Below are positions 38,179 to 46,967 of a stretch of 64,000 bases of DNA, in pieces. Made by a program: the position numbers and the translations under genes. Source of the stretch: an uncultured Muribaculaceae bacterium (GTDB lineage: Bacteria > Bacillota_I > Bacilli_A > RF39 > UBA660); NCBI GenBank assembly GCA_964384115.1, contig CAYLJU010000003.1, positions 7,375 through 71,374 of the forward strand, read 5' to 3'. How positions within the stretch are numbered: position 1 is the stretch's first letter; the number at the start of each line of letters is the position of its first letter. The notes under the pieces were generated by a model. It had not been told where the DNA came from. It saw nothing but the letters and a program-made list of their open reading frames with translations, and searched no databases.

Positions 38179-38781
38179 TTAAAACTGTTTACATTTTAAT
38201 TTACATTCTTTACATTTGGGATTACGGGCTGTACAATGATATCTTCCAAATAATACAAGTTGATGGTGAATTCTTGATAGATCATAGTTTTTAAAATATT
38301 TATTCAATTTTTTTTCTATTGTTAGGACGTTATCATTTTTACTAGCAATTTTTAATCTTTTGCTTACTCTTTCTACATGAGTATCTACTGCTACTAAATT
38401 TTCATGATATATGTTACTTAATACTACATTGGTTGTTTTTCTACCAACACCTTTTAAGCTTTCTAAAAAATTTCTATCGTTTGGTACATATCCAAGTGGT
38501 TCTAATTTGGTTGCTATATCTATTATATTTTCAGCTTTTTTATTATATGATCCTATACTTTTTATTATTTCTTTTATATCTTCGATATTGGCATTTTTTA
38601 ATTTGTTTAAATTTGGATATTTTTCAAATAATACTTTTGTTACTTCATTAACTCTTTTATCTGTTGTTTGGGCGCTTAACATTGTTGCAATTAGTAATTC
38701 ATAATCTTTGTTATAATTTAATTCACATTTAGGATTAGGAATAATTTCATCTAAATATTCTATTATTTCTTTAGCTTTCAT
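38179..38781 (-). CDS. nth: endonuclease III (DNA glycosylase/AP lyase)
   Basis: HhH-GPD domain and a C-terminal 4Fe-4S cluster loop C-x6-C-x2-C-x5-C. Confidence 0.9.
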   Translation of the reverse strand: MKAKEIIEYLDEIIPNPKCELNYNKDYELLIATMLSAQTTDKRVNEVTKVLFEKYPNLNKLKNANIEDIKEIIKSIGSYNKKAENIIDIATKLEPLGYVPNDRNFLESLKGVGRKTTNVVLSNIYHENLVAVDTHVERVSKRLKIASKNDNVLTIEKKLNKYFKNYDLSRIHHQLVLFGRYHCTARNPKCKECKLKCKQF

Positions 38782-39400
38782 TTAACCAATCGTAGTCTAT
38801 TATTTCAGGCTTACGCTCCTTTTCTTGTTTGAATTTTTTTTGATAATTATTAAGTTCTTCCTTTGTTTTTATACCAGCTGATGACCAGTTTTTTAGAATT
38901 GAATCTATATATCTTAAATTTTTTACACCATTAAATATTGCTTCCTTTAGCGCTAGTTGGATTATTTCTTCATTGTAATGTTCTTTAAATTCTTTAATGA
39001 CAGATAATTCCGATGGTGCAAGTGTACGCCCAAGTTCTTTTTCAAATGTTGTATAAATATCTGTGTTTTCTCCTCTTGTTTCTTCGTTTATAATAAGCGC
39101 TAATTTTTCGTACATTTTATCTAACTTAATGATTTCTCTTATTTTCTTTTCTTTTATTGTTTCTATTTCAATTAGATTTTGAGTTATTAAGTTATTTATT
39201 GATGTCATAACTTCATTTAATTTCATATTCATATTTGTTGATATTTCTGTTGGATTAAATGTTTCATCACTTGCATTTATTAAAAATATTAATACTAATA
39301 AATCTTGTTCATTAATATTCAATTTTTTATAGTTATAAAATAATTTACTTGGTGCGATTATTGGTTTTTCTTTTAATAATTCAATTATTTTATCTAGCAT
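38771..39400 (-). CDS. dnaD: DnaD-domain replication initiation/membrane attachment protein
   Basis: 209 aa with a DnaD-like C-terminal domain. The conserved dnaD-nth adjacency supports the call. Confidence 0.7.
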   Translation of the reverse strand: MLDKIIELLKEKPIIAPSKLFYNYKKLNINEQDLLVLIFLINASDETFNPTEISTNMNMKLNEVMTSINNLITQNLIEIETIKEKKIREIIKLDKMYEKLALIINEETRGENTDIYTTFEKELGRTLAPSELSVIKEFKEHYNEEIIQLALKEAIFNGVKNLRYIDSILKNWSSAGIKTKEELNNYQKKFKQEKERKPEIIDYDWLNES

Positions 39401-39414
39401 ACTGCACCTCTTTC

Positions 39415-40509
39415 TTAATTATTATAACATTTTTTGTATTTATTTAAATATTTTTTAATATTTTCTTTTTCATTTAGAAGTTTTTTTTCTAAAATATTAT
39501 TTTCTATTTCTTCAATAATTTGCTTTAATGCACATCCAGGTGTTATGCCTAAATATTCACATATTTCTAGTGGTTCAATTTTAATTTCTGTTTTATCATG
39601 AATTTCCATTTCGTTATATATTTTTAATATTTCTTTTTTTGGTATTTCCTTTATTTCGGCTACTAATGATACTATGTATAATCCTTTTTGGTATATTATT
39701 TTTGGATCTAATATGTTTAAATGAATTATTTCATTTATTTTATTTATTGTTTGTTTTTCTTGTTTTGTAAATGGGTATTTCATATTATCTATTTGGGCCC
39801 ATATTGCTAGTGAAGATTGGGTTATTTTTATATTAAGGTTTATGTCTAGTGCTTCTTCCAATCCAAGACTTTTTATTAGATTGATTCCATATTTACTATT
39901 GGGATTCGAAAATATACGTTCTAATTCTTCTTTTTTTCTTGTGTATGACAATGTTTTTAAATTATCTTTATATTTTATTATTGCTTTTTTTAATTCTTCA
40001 TCGATACTAAAGTTTAGGGTTGTCGCGAATCGGATTGCTCTTAATATTCTAAGTGCATCTTCAGATATTTTTGCATCGCTATTACCAACTGTTCTTATAA
40101 TTTTTTTATCTAGATCTTTTTTAGCGTCTAATAAATCTATGGTATTTCCGCTTGCATCTATACACATTGTATTTATTATAAAATCCCGTCTATTTAAATC
40201 TTCTAATAAATTATCTACATAATTTATACTTTCTGGTGTTCTAAAATTTTTATATTTGTTATCACTTCTAAATGTTGTTATGGCAAAGGTTGTTCCTTTA
40301 TGTTTTACGATAACACATCCATAATCTATATTGGTTATTTTAGTGTCGTCAAATATTTTGGTTAAGTCTTTTGGTCTTGCATTTGTGCATATATCAACAT
40401 CTGAACTTTTTCTTTTTAGGTACAAATCTCTGGGAAATCCACCTACTATATATGCTTTATATTTATTCTTTTCAAGTATTTTTAATACTTCTATTGCATT
40501 TTCATACAT
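39415..40509 (-). CDS. cca: CCA-adding tRNA nucleotidyltransferase
   Basis: PolyA_pol head domain (YIVGGFPRD ... DVDI) with a tRNA-NT C-terminal region. Confidence 0.85.
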   Translation of the reverse strand: MYENAIEVLKILEKNKYKAYIVGGFPRDLYLKRKSSDVDICTNARPKDLTKIFDDTKITNIDYGCVIVKHKGTTFAITTFRSDNKYKNFRTPESINYVDNLLEDLNRRDFIINTMCIDASGNTIDLLDAKKDLDKKIIRTVGNSDAKISEDALRILRAIRFATTLNFSIDEELKKAIIKYKDNLKTLSYTRKKEELERIFSNPNSKYGINLIKSLGLEEALDINLNIKITQSSLAIWAQIDNMKYPFTKQEKQTINKINEIIHLNILDPKIIYQKGLYIVSLVAEIKEIPKKEILKIYNEMEIHDKTEIKIEPLEICEYLGITPGCALKQIIEEIENNILEKKLLNEKENIKKYLNKYKKCYNN

Positions 40510-40550
40510 TTTATCATTCCTTTTATGAGAAAAAAAAGGCTAATTGCCTT

Positions 40551-40823
40551 TTAGTTTAAAGCTTCTTTTAATTTTGCTCCTGCTTTAAATGCAACTGCTA
40601 CGTGTGCAGGAGTTTCTACTGGTTCACCAGTACGTGGGTTACGACGTGTTGCTGCTTCTTTTTCTTTAGCAGTAAATGTCATAAATCCTGTTAAAGCAAC
40701 TTTCTTTTCTTCTTTTAATCCTTTTACAACACCATTTAACATTGCTTCTAAAGCACGTGTTGCATCAGCTTTTGTCATGCCTGTTTCTTCGGCCATATAA
40801 TTTACTAAATCTGTTTTTGTCAT
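40551..40823 (-). CDS. hup: DNA-binding protein HU
   Basis: 90 aa. MTKTDLV...GFMTF...RNPRTGEPVE is a typical HU sequence. spoIVA-hbs synteny supports it. Confidence 0.9.
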   Translation of the reverse strand: MTKTDLVNYMAEETGMTKADATRALEAMLNGVVKGLKEEKKVALTGFMTFTAKEKEAATRRNPRTGEPVETPAHVAVAFKAGAKLKEALN

Positions 40824-40942
40824 GTTTACCTCCTATACATGTTTGTAAGCTTATGTTGCTTACATTTTAATGTTACCATTTTTATATGATAAATGCAACT
40901 ATTTTCTTTATTTTTTAACACTTTTTTATATTTTTATACCAA

Positions 40943-40975
40943 AAAACAGTACGGCCTGATAAACTATACTGTTTT
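40943..40975 (-). terminator. intrinsic terminator between spoIVA and hup (aacagta-loop-tactgtt)
   Basis: 7-bp stem with A-run and T-run flanks. A TTGCAT-17-TAACAT promoter for hup lies between this terminator and hup. Confidence 0.5.
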
Positions 40976-41395
40976 GAGTTTTCTAGAAATTGTTGTACCA
41001 TTTATATTAGGCTTTATCTAATATAAATTCTAAATGAATATTATCAGTATTCACCACAACTTCTTATCATTAGAGTTTTTCTTTCTCATAAAACAATTGC
41101 TTTTGCTTAGCGCTGATAAGAATTTATTAATACCAATTAATAAATTTTTCTTGCTTTAAAGATCTTTTTTTTAGCAAACCGACTTGTATTATACTAAATA
41201 TAATACCAACCATCTTCAGACAGTCATTCGTGATATAAAATCACTAGTTATTTTATAAATTATTTAAATATTAAATAATTTGATAAAATATTAGGTGCTT
41301 ATATGATCTATTCTTACTAAGCAATTATATTGTAGCATATATTTTTTTCGTTGGCAATACATTTTTTGAAAATTTTGTCAAAAAATGTAATTTAA

Positions 41396-42865
41396 TTATA
41401 ATACTATTGTTATCATTGTTGATGAACCTTTGTTTACTACTTTTGTTAATGTTTGTTGTAATTTGTATCTTATTGTTTCTGGCATTATTGATAATTTTGT
41501 TTGAATTCCTTCTTGTACTATAACATCAAGTGATCTGCCAAATATTTCTGACTTCCAAACATTGTTTGAATCGGTGTCTTTTACTAAATGATCTATCAGT
41601 TCTTTTGATTGAACTTCAGTTCCTATGATTGGTTCAAATGTTGAATCTACATCTACTCTTATCATATGTATTGAAGGTGCGACTGCTTTTAGTCTTATTC
41701 CATATCTACTTCCTTGTTTTATAACTTCTGGTGTTTCCAACTTCATATCTTTTAGTGATGGTGTTGCAATTCCATAACCTGTTGCTTTTACCATTTTTAA
41801 TGCTGTTTTTACTTGGTCATATTCTATTTTTGCTTCATTGTATTCTTGCATTAATTTCAATAACTCTGTTTTACTTCTTATGTCTACGCCTATTATTTCT
41901 TTTAATACTATATTATATAGTTCTTTTGGAGCTTTAAGGGAAATTGTTACTATACCTGTTCCAGTATTCACTTCTGATATATATGATTTTTCAATATATT
42001 CACAATCTGTAAAGTGTTTATTGATTGTTTCGATATCTCTTAATTTATCTACTTCAACAACACTTTCTCTTATTTTTTCAATGTATATTTTCTTTAACCA
42101 GTTATTTGCTTCTAAACAGGCAATCCACTGTGGCATATTGACTTTTACTTCTAATACTGGAAATTCATATAATGCTTCTCTTAAAATGTTATAGATGTCT
42201 TTTTCATTCATATTTTCAATATTTATTGGTATGGTTGGAACATTATATTCTTCTCTTATTTTTTCAGATAATTTTTCTGTTTCTGGAAGCATTGGATGAG
42301 TTGAATTTAATAATACGATGAATGGTTTTCCTATTTCTTTTAATTCAGTTACTACTCTTTTTTCACATTCTACATATTCATTTCTTTCAAATTCACCTAT
42401 TGATCCATCTGTTGTTACTACTATACCAATTGTTGAATGATCTTTTATTACTTTTTCCGTTCCTATCTCAGCTGCTTCTACAAATGGTAGTGGCTCATCA
42501 TACCAGGGTGTATGAACCATTCTTGGTCCATTTTCATCTTCATATCCTTTTGCTCCAGGTATGACATATCCTACGCAATCTACTAGTCTTACACTTGCTT
42601 CGAAATTATCAATTTTTATGTTAGCTGCGTTTGATGGAACAAATTTAGGTTCTGTTGTCATAATTGTTTTTCCTTGAGCAGCTTGTGGTATTTCATCTAA
42701 GCATCTTTTTTTCTCGTATTCATCTTCAATGTTTGGTACAACTAATGTTTCAATAACTTTTTTTATAAATGTTGATTTACCTGTTCTTACTGCTCCTACT
42801 ACTCCAAGATATATATCACCATTTGTTCGTTCGGTGATACTTTTTATTATGTCTAATCTATCCAT
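41396..42865 (-). CDS. spoIVA: stage IV sporulation protein A (spore coat morphogenetic ATPase)
   Basis: N-terminus DIYLGVVGAVRTGKSTFIKK (Walker A). 489 aa. Sits upstream of hup as in Bacillus. Confidence 0.9.
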   Translation of the reverse strand: MDRLDIIKSITERTNGDIYLGVVGAVRTGKSTFIKKVIETLVVPNIEDEYEKKRCLDEIPQAAQGKTIMTTEPKFVPSNAANIKIDNFEASVRLVDCVGYVIPGAKGYEDENGPRMVHTPWYDEPLPFVEAAEIGTEKVIKDHSTIGIVVTTDGSIGEFERNEYVECEKRVVTELKEIGKPFIVLLNSTHPMLPETEKLSEKIREEYNVPTIPINIENMNEKDIYNILREALYEFPVLEVKVNMPQWIACLEANNWLKKIYIEKIRESVVEVDKLRDIETINKHFTDCEYIEKSYISEVNTGTGIVTISLKAPKELYNIVLKEIIGVDIRSKTELLKLMQEYNEAKIEYDQVKTALKMVKATGYGIATPSLKDMKLETPEVIKQGSRYGIRLKAVAPSIHMIRVDVDSTFEPIIGTEVQSKELIDHLVKDTDSNNVWKSEIFGRSLDVIVQEGIQTKLSIMPETIRYKLQQTLTKVVNKGSSTMITIVL

Positions 42866-43026
42866 ATTTACCTACTTTCATTAAAATATATGAAACTTAT
42901 ACTTTTTTATTACTTTTTTATATTAAAAGAACTAGAATTCTTTATTACTAAGTTTTCTAGTTATTAATTGCACTAAAAAACACCATTAATGGTGCTTAAT
43001 TATCAAGTGGTGTCCCAGAAGGGATT

Positions 43027-43103
43027 CGAACCCCTGACCTTTGCCTTAGAAGGGCACTGCTCTATCCAGCTGAGCTACTGAGACATCAACTAGATTGATT
43101 ATA
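43027..43103 (-). tRNA. tRNA-Arg (anticodon TCT)
   Basis: 77-nt cloverleaf with a 7-bp acceptor stem (one G-U pair), GGTTCGAATCC T-loop, anticodon loop CTTCTAA, and an encoded CCA. Confidence 0.85.
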
Positions 43104-43415
43104 CATCATTTTTTATTCTTAATCAATAGTTTTTAAGACACTTTTATAATTTTTTTATCTATTTTATATATTATGTTATTACTATGCGATTTCTTTATTA
43201 TTATATAAAATCTATGAATTAAATTATTACTCATATATATTAATAGACATAAAACATCATTTAATTCTTGATCACTTAGAAATTCAACATAATTATTCTC
43301 ATATTTGCCTTAAAAAAGGTTTACCAAAATTATAAAATTCTTTTAATTCATTATTAAAATTGTTCATGTATTTTTTAATAAATTGTAATTATTATCTTTA
43401 AAATGGCCAAAGTAC

Positions 43416-44162
43416 TTATTTATTTTCATATTTGTTCTCTATTATATATGCTAATTTTAAAGCAAGGAGCGCGATGTAGAATTTCTTATTATTTTTAGTT
43501 CCAAGGCATCTTTTATCCCATACATAATTTTTTAAACTATCCGCGCTATAGAAAAAAATAAAAACATCAATTTTTCTATAAATTCCTATGGTTGCTAATG
43601 CCGATGATTCCATATCGACACATTGTATGCCCTTACTTTTAAAAAATTTTACTTTATTTTTAGTTTCTCTATAAGGGGCATCTGTCGTCCATACTTTGCA
43701 TAACCTATACTGAATGCCTTCGTCTTTTAATAATTGCAAAAATTCTTTTTTGTATTCAGTATTAACATTAATATATTTTTTGCTTTTTATATAGTGAAAA
43801 CTTGTTCCTTCTTCTCTATATGATTTTGTCGGTATTAAAATATCATAACAATTTATATCATCCAAAACACCACAAGAACCAAAATAAACTATTTTTTTTA
43901 AACCTATTGAAATTAAATCTTCCAAAACCATAACTGCCCAGGGTGCACCTATTGGTGATGTAAAGGTTGTAACTTCTTTACCATTATAACTTATTTTATA
44001 AATACTTGTTTTTGATACTGTTCCTAGTAATTGACCTTTATAATTTTCAAGTAAATAATCAGTAACTTCTTTTGTATAGCAAGCAATTGCAATAGGAGGT
44101 ATTTTTTTTATATTTCCAAAAGGGGCAATTATTCCTTCCCCATCATCATACTTTATATTCAT
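43416..44162 (-). CDS. nucleoside phosphorylase family protein (PNP/UDP phosphorylase fold)
   Basis: GSCG and CVDMESSAL motifs. 248 aa. Confidence 0.65.
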   Translation of the reverse strand: MNIKYDDGEGIIAPFGNIKKIPPIAIACYTKEVTDYLLENYKGQLLGTVSKTSIYKISYNGKEVTTFTSPIGAPWAVMVLEDLISIGLKKIVYFGSCGVLDDINCYDILIPTKSYREEGTSFHYIKSKKYINVNTEYKKEFLQLLKDEGIQYRLCKVWTTDAPYRETKNKVKFFKSKGIQCVDMESSALATIGIYRKIDVFIFFYSADSLKNYVWDKRCLGTKNNKKFYIALLALKLAYIIENKYENK

Positions 44163-44229
44163 TCCATTTTACCAACTTTCTAATCATTTTTTTGAAATTA
44201 GTATTGAAAGATCTGCAATTTCATTATTA

Positions 44230-44887
44230 ATTTCTAGATTATTTTTATTTTAAATTATTTATTGTTTTTAATTATATCAGTAAAAAATAAAATTTGTGAA
44301 AAATCAACACTTAAATATTCTGAGACAAAGCACTAAATTGATAATTCTATATCAATACATTTAGTGCCTTGTTCAATTCTTTTAGCTATCCTATCATAAT
44401 TTTCCATACAATAGGCATCTGTTGTCCAAGTAATTTCTTTAGTATAATCAATATCATTGTTTTCTAGTATATCATACAATAGATTATTTTGCTATCTACT
44501 GTGTATGTATAAGTAGAAGAATGTGTCTATTGCAAGAAAAAATCTTATTCCGTAATAAACTAATTCTTCCATAAGAGAACTAGCATTAGGACATCCTTGG
44601 GATGATGAAACTATTAAAAAATTATCATATAAAACTATGGGGTTAAAATTGGGACACTATAAAATCTTCCGATTTCCTTTCCAAAATTATTTTGAATTAA
44701 ATGCGAAACAAAGTTATTGTTAAAAATAATTAATGCATATTTTAATTTTTCACAAATATCTTTTGTTTTTTTTCTAAAACAGTTAGCTGAATTATCAACT
44801 GTAATTAAGTTATTATTCCTAGGAAATTTATCAAACAATGGACTATTTTGTTTTATTTATTAGTTCATCTAATTCTCTTCTGTATTT
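44230..44887 (-). pseudogene. frameshifted ORF fragments downstream of truncated rel: probable decayed remainder of the Rel C-terminal regulatory region (alternative: transposase remnant)
   Basis: Short ORFs in all three minus-strand frames with stops. They share rel's strand and begin right at the rel stop. One fragment contains GCPN, like the Rel zinc-finger-domain CPN motif. Confidence 0.4.
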
Positions 44888-46339
44888 TCAATTATCATCT
44901 GTTATCACATTATTATTTTTTAATTCTTTAATTTTCTTTTTTGCTAATGATGTATGAGCTTTATCAATCCAATCTTCTCTATGTCCAAATGACAACTCAT
45001 CAGTTATAATTCTAACCCTATCTTTATTTTGCAATATGTAATCTATTGGAACAAGTTCGTCATTTACAAATGCTCCAACCATTGTATTACCAATGTCTGT
45101 ATTAATTTTATATGCAAAATCTATAGGTGTTGAGCCTTTTGGTAATTCTATTATATCGCCTTTTGTTGTATATACATATACTTTATCAGCAAATAGTTCA
45201 CTTTTTACTTGATTTACAAATTGTTGGTTATCCCCAAACATTGAATTGATTTCAATTAACGATTTAAAAAATTGAAATTTTTGTTTTAAATCTTCTTGCA
45301 TAGCATCTCTTGCTTTTCCTTTTTTTACATCCCAATAAGCTGTTAATCCAAATGATGCAACTTTATCCATATCAAATGTTCTAATTTGCGTTTGCACTAA
45401 TCTATCATCAGGTCCGAAAACTGTTGTATGCAAACTTCTATACATATTTGTTTTTGGATTACATATATAATCTTTGAATTTATCATTTATAGGATGATAC
45501 TCATTATGAATCATTCCTAAAACTCTATAACAGTTTTCTACTTCATCTACCATTACTTTTAGGGCTAACAAGTCATGAATATCGGATAGCTTATATCCTT
45601 CATTTAGTCTTTTATATATACCATATATATTTTTGGTTCTTACTTTTATTTCATTTGGTATATTTTTATCATTTAATAATTTTTGAATTTTATAAAGCAT
45701 TTCTTTTAAACACATATCACTAGATTCTTCTACTTTTATTTTCATTTCTCTAATTTTTTTGTACATTTCAGGTTTTAAATATTGTAAGGATAAATCTTCA
45801 AGTTCTGATTTAATCCTGTATGCTCCTATGTAATATGCAAGTGGCACGAATATTTCCATTGTTTCTAGCGCATTTTCTTTTTGTTTAAATTCTGATTTAA
45901 ATTGCAATGTTCTCATATTATGAAGTCTATCTGCTAGTTTTATTATTATAATTCTTACATCTTCAGTTATGCTTGTTATTATTTTTCTTGTATTTGCATA
46001 ATTTTGATCTTGTTTAGAAGAAAAATTCATTTTAGATAATTTTGTTACACCATCAACTAAATTAGCAATGTTTTGATTAAAATCATGTGCTATATCTTCT
46101 TTAGTTATGTTTGTATCTTCTAGAGTATCATGTAAAAGACCAGCACATACCGTATCTCTATCAGCATGCATCTCTGCAAGTATATAGGCAACATTTAAGG
46201 GATGAATTATGTAAGGTTCACCACTTTGTCTTTTTTGTCTGCTGTGCAAATTATTCGCATAATCATATGCTTTTCTAACAATTTCTAATTCATTTGGATT
46301 ATAATCTTTTACTTTTTTTAATAAATCTTCTTTTATCAT
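44888..46339 (-). CDS. rel: RelA/SpoT-homolog (p)ppGpp synthetase/hydrolase, truncated after TGS domain (HD + synthetase + TGS only)
   Basis: HD motif (HDTLEDT). Synthetase motifs (YRSLHTTV, QIRTFDMD, GLTAYW). TGS domain (VYVYTTKGDIIELPKGSTPIDFAY). The ORF ends at the start of the helical domain, and ZFD/ACT are absent. Confidence 0.8.
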   Translation of the reverse strand: MIKEDLLKKVKDYNPNELEIVRKAYDYANNLHSRQKRQSGEPYIIHPLNVAYILAEMHADRDTVCAGLLHDTLEDTNITKEDIAHDFNQNIANLVDGVTKLSKMNFSSKQDQNYANTRKIITSITEDVRIIIIKLADRLHNMRTLQFKSEFKQKENALETMEIFVPLAYYIGAYRIKSELEDLSLQYLKPEMYKKIREMKIKVEESSDMCLKEMLYKIQKLLNDKNIPNEIKVRTKNIYGIYKRLNEGYKLSDIHDLLALKVMVDEVENCYRVLGMIHNEYHPINDKFKDYICNPKTNMYRSLHTTVFGPDDRLVQTQIRTFDMDKVASFGLTAYWDVKKGKARDAMQEDLKQKFQFFKSLIEINSMFGDNQQFVNQVKSELFADKVYVYTTKGDIIELPKGSTPIDFAYKINTDIGNTMVGAFVNDELVPIDYILQNKDRVRIITDELSFGHREDWIDKAHTSLAKKKIKELKNNNVITDDN

Positions 46340-46576
46340 AAATGCCTCCTATAACAAAAAAAGTCGCCATGAAAATGTCAACTTTTAAATGTGGGCATAA
46401 TAATATTGTAGAATAAATGAGTTCATAAAATTTATTTTTTTAAGACTTTCTACCATATTATTCTCCCTTGTTAATTTAATGATATTTTATCACTTTTGCA
46501 TGTTTTGTCAATATTTTTTCAAATTATTTCAAATTAAATTTAAAGTTCCCGCATTTTTTAATTTGGGAAATAAGTG

Positions 46577-46741
46577 TTAAAAACAATTTTCTATTTGTAA
46601 TACAATTGTTTTATCTCTTCCACTATATCTAAGTATTGATACAAATTCATTTTTTCTAAATTTAATGCTAACATTTTTTAATACTTTTTGCTTAAAATCA
46701 CCAAATTTATAGCTTTTATTAATATTTTTTATTTCAAGCAT
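46577..46741 (-). pseudogene. ABC-transporter ATP-binding protein N-terminal fragment with degenerate Walker A (ILRYSGRDKT instead of ILGPSGSGKT)
   Basis: Translation MLEIKNINKSYKFGDFKQKVLKNVSIKFRKNEFVSILRYSGRDKTIVLQIENCF then stop. This is a classic ABC ATPase N-terminus but is cut off after 54 aa. Confidence 0.45.
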
Positions 46742-46869
46742 TTTCTATCCAATATTATCTATCTAATGCAGATTTATTACCTTTCATCTCTAACATTAAT
46801 ATTTCAATTATTATATCTTTTCTCATACTTATATCAACTTCTTCTTTATTATGAGATAGTATAAGTATA

Positions 46870-46925
46870 TCAAAAATATAAAAAACCGATAAAAATTATC
46901 AACTTTTAACTTTGACATTTTTATC
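46870..46925 (-). terminator. hairpin terminator downstream of 46968-48743 (ccgataaaaat ... atttttatcag)
   Basis: Inverted repeat with flanking A/T runs. Confidence 0.4.
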
Positions 46926-46967
46926 AGTTTTTATTTTAACATTTATAATATTTATAATATTATAATC

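Noticed and set aside
42866-43010. Sigma-E-type promoter upstream of spoIVA.
   Set aside because: A CATATATT-like element exists on the minus strand. However, the -35 match and spacing are ambiguous in this AT-rich spacer, so it is too weak to report as a feature.
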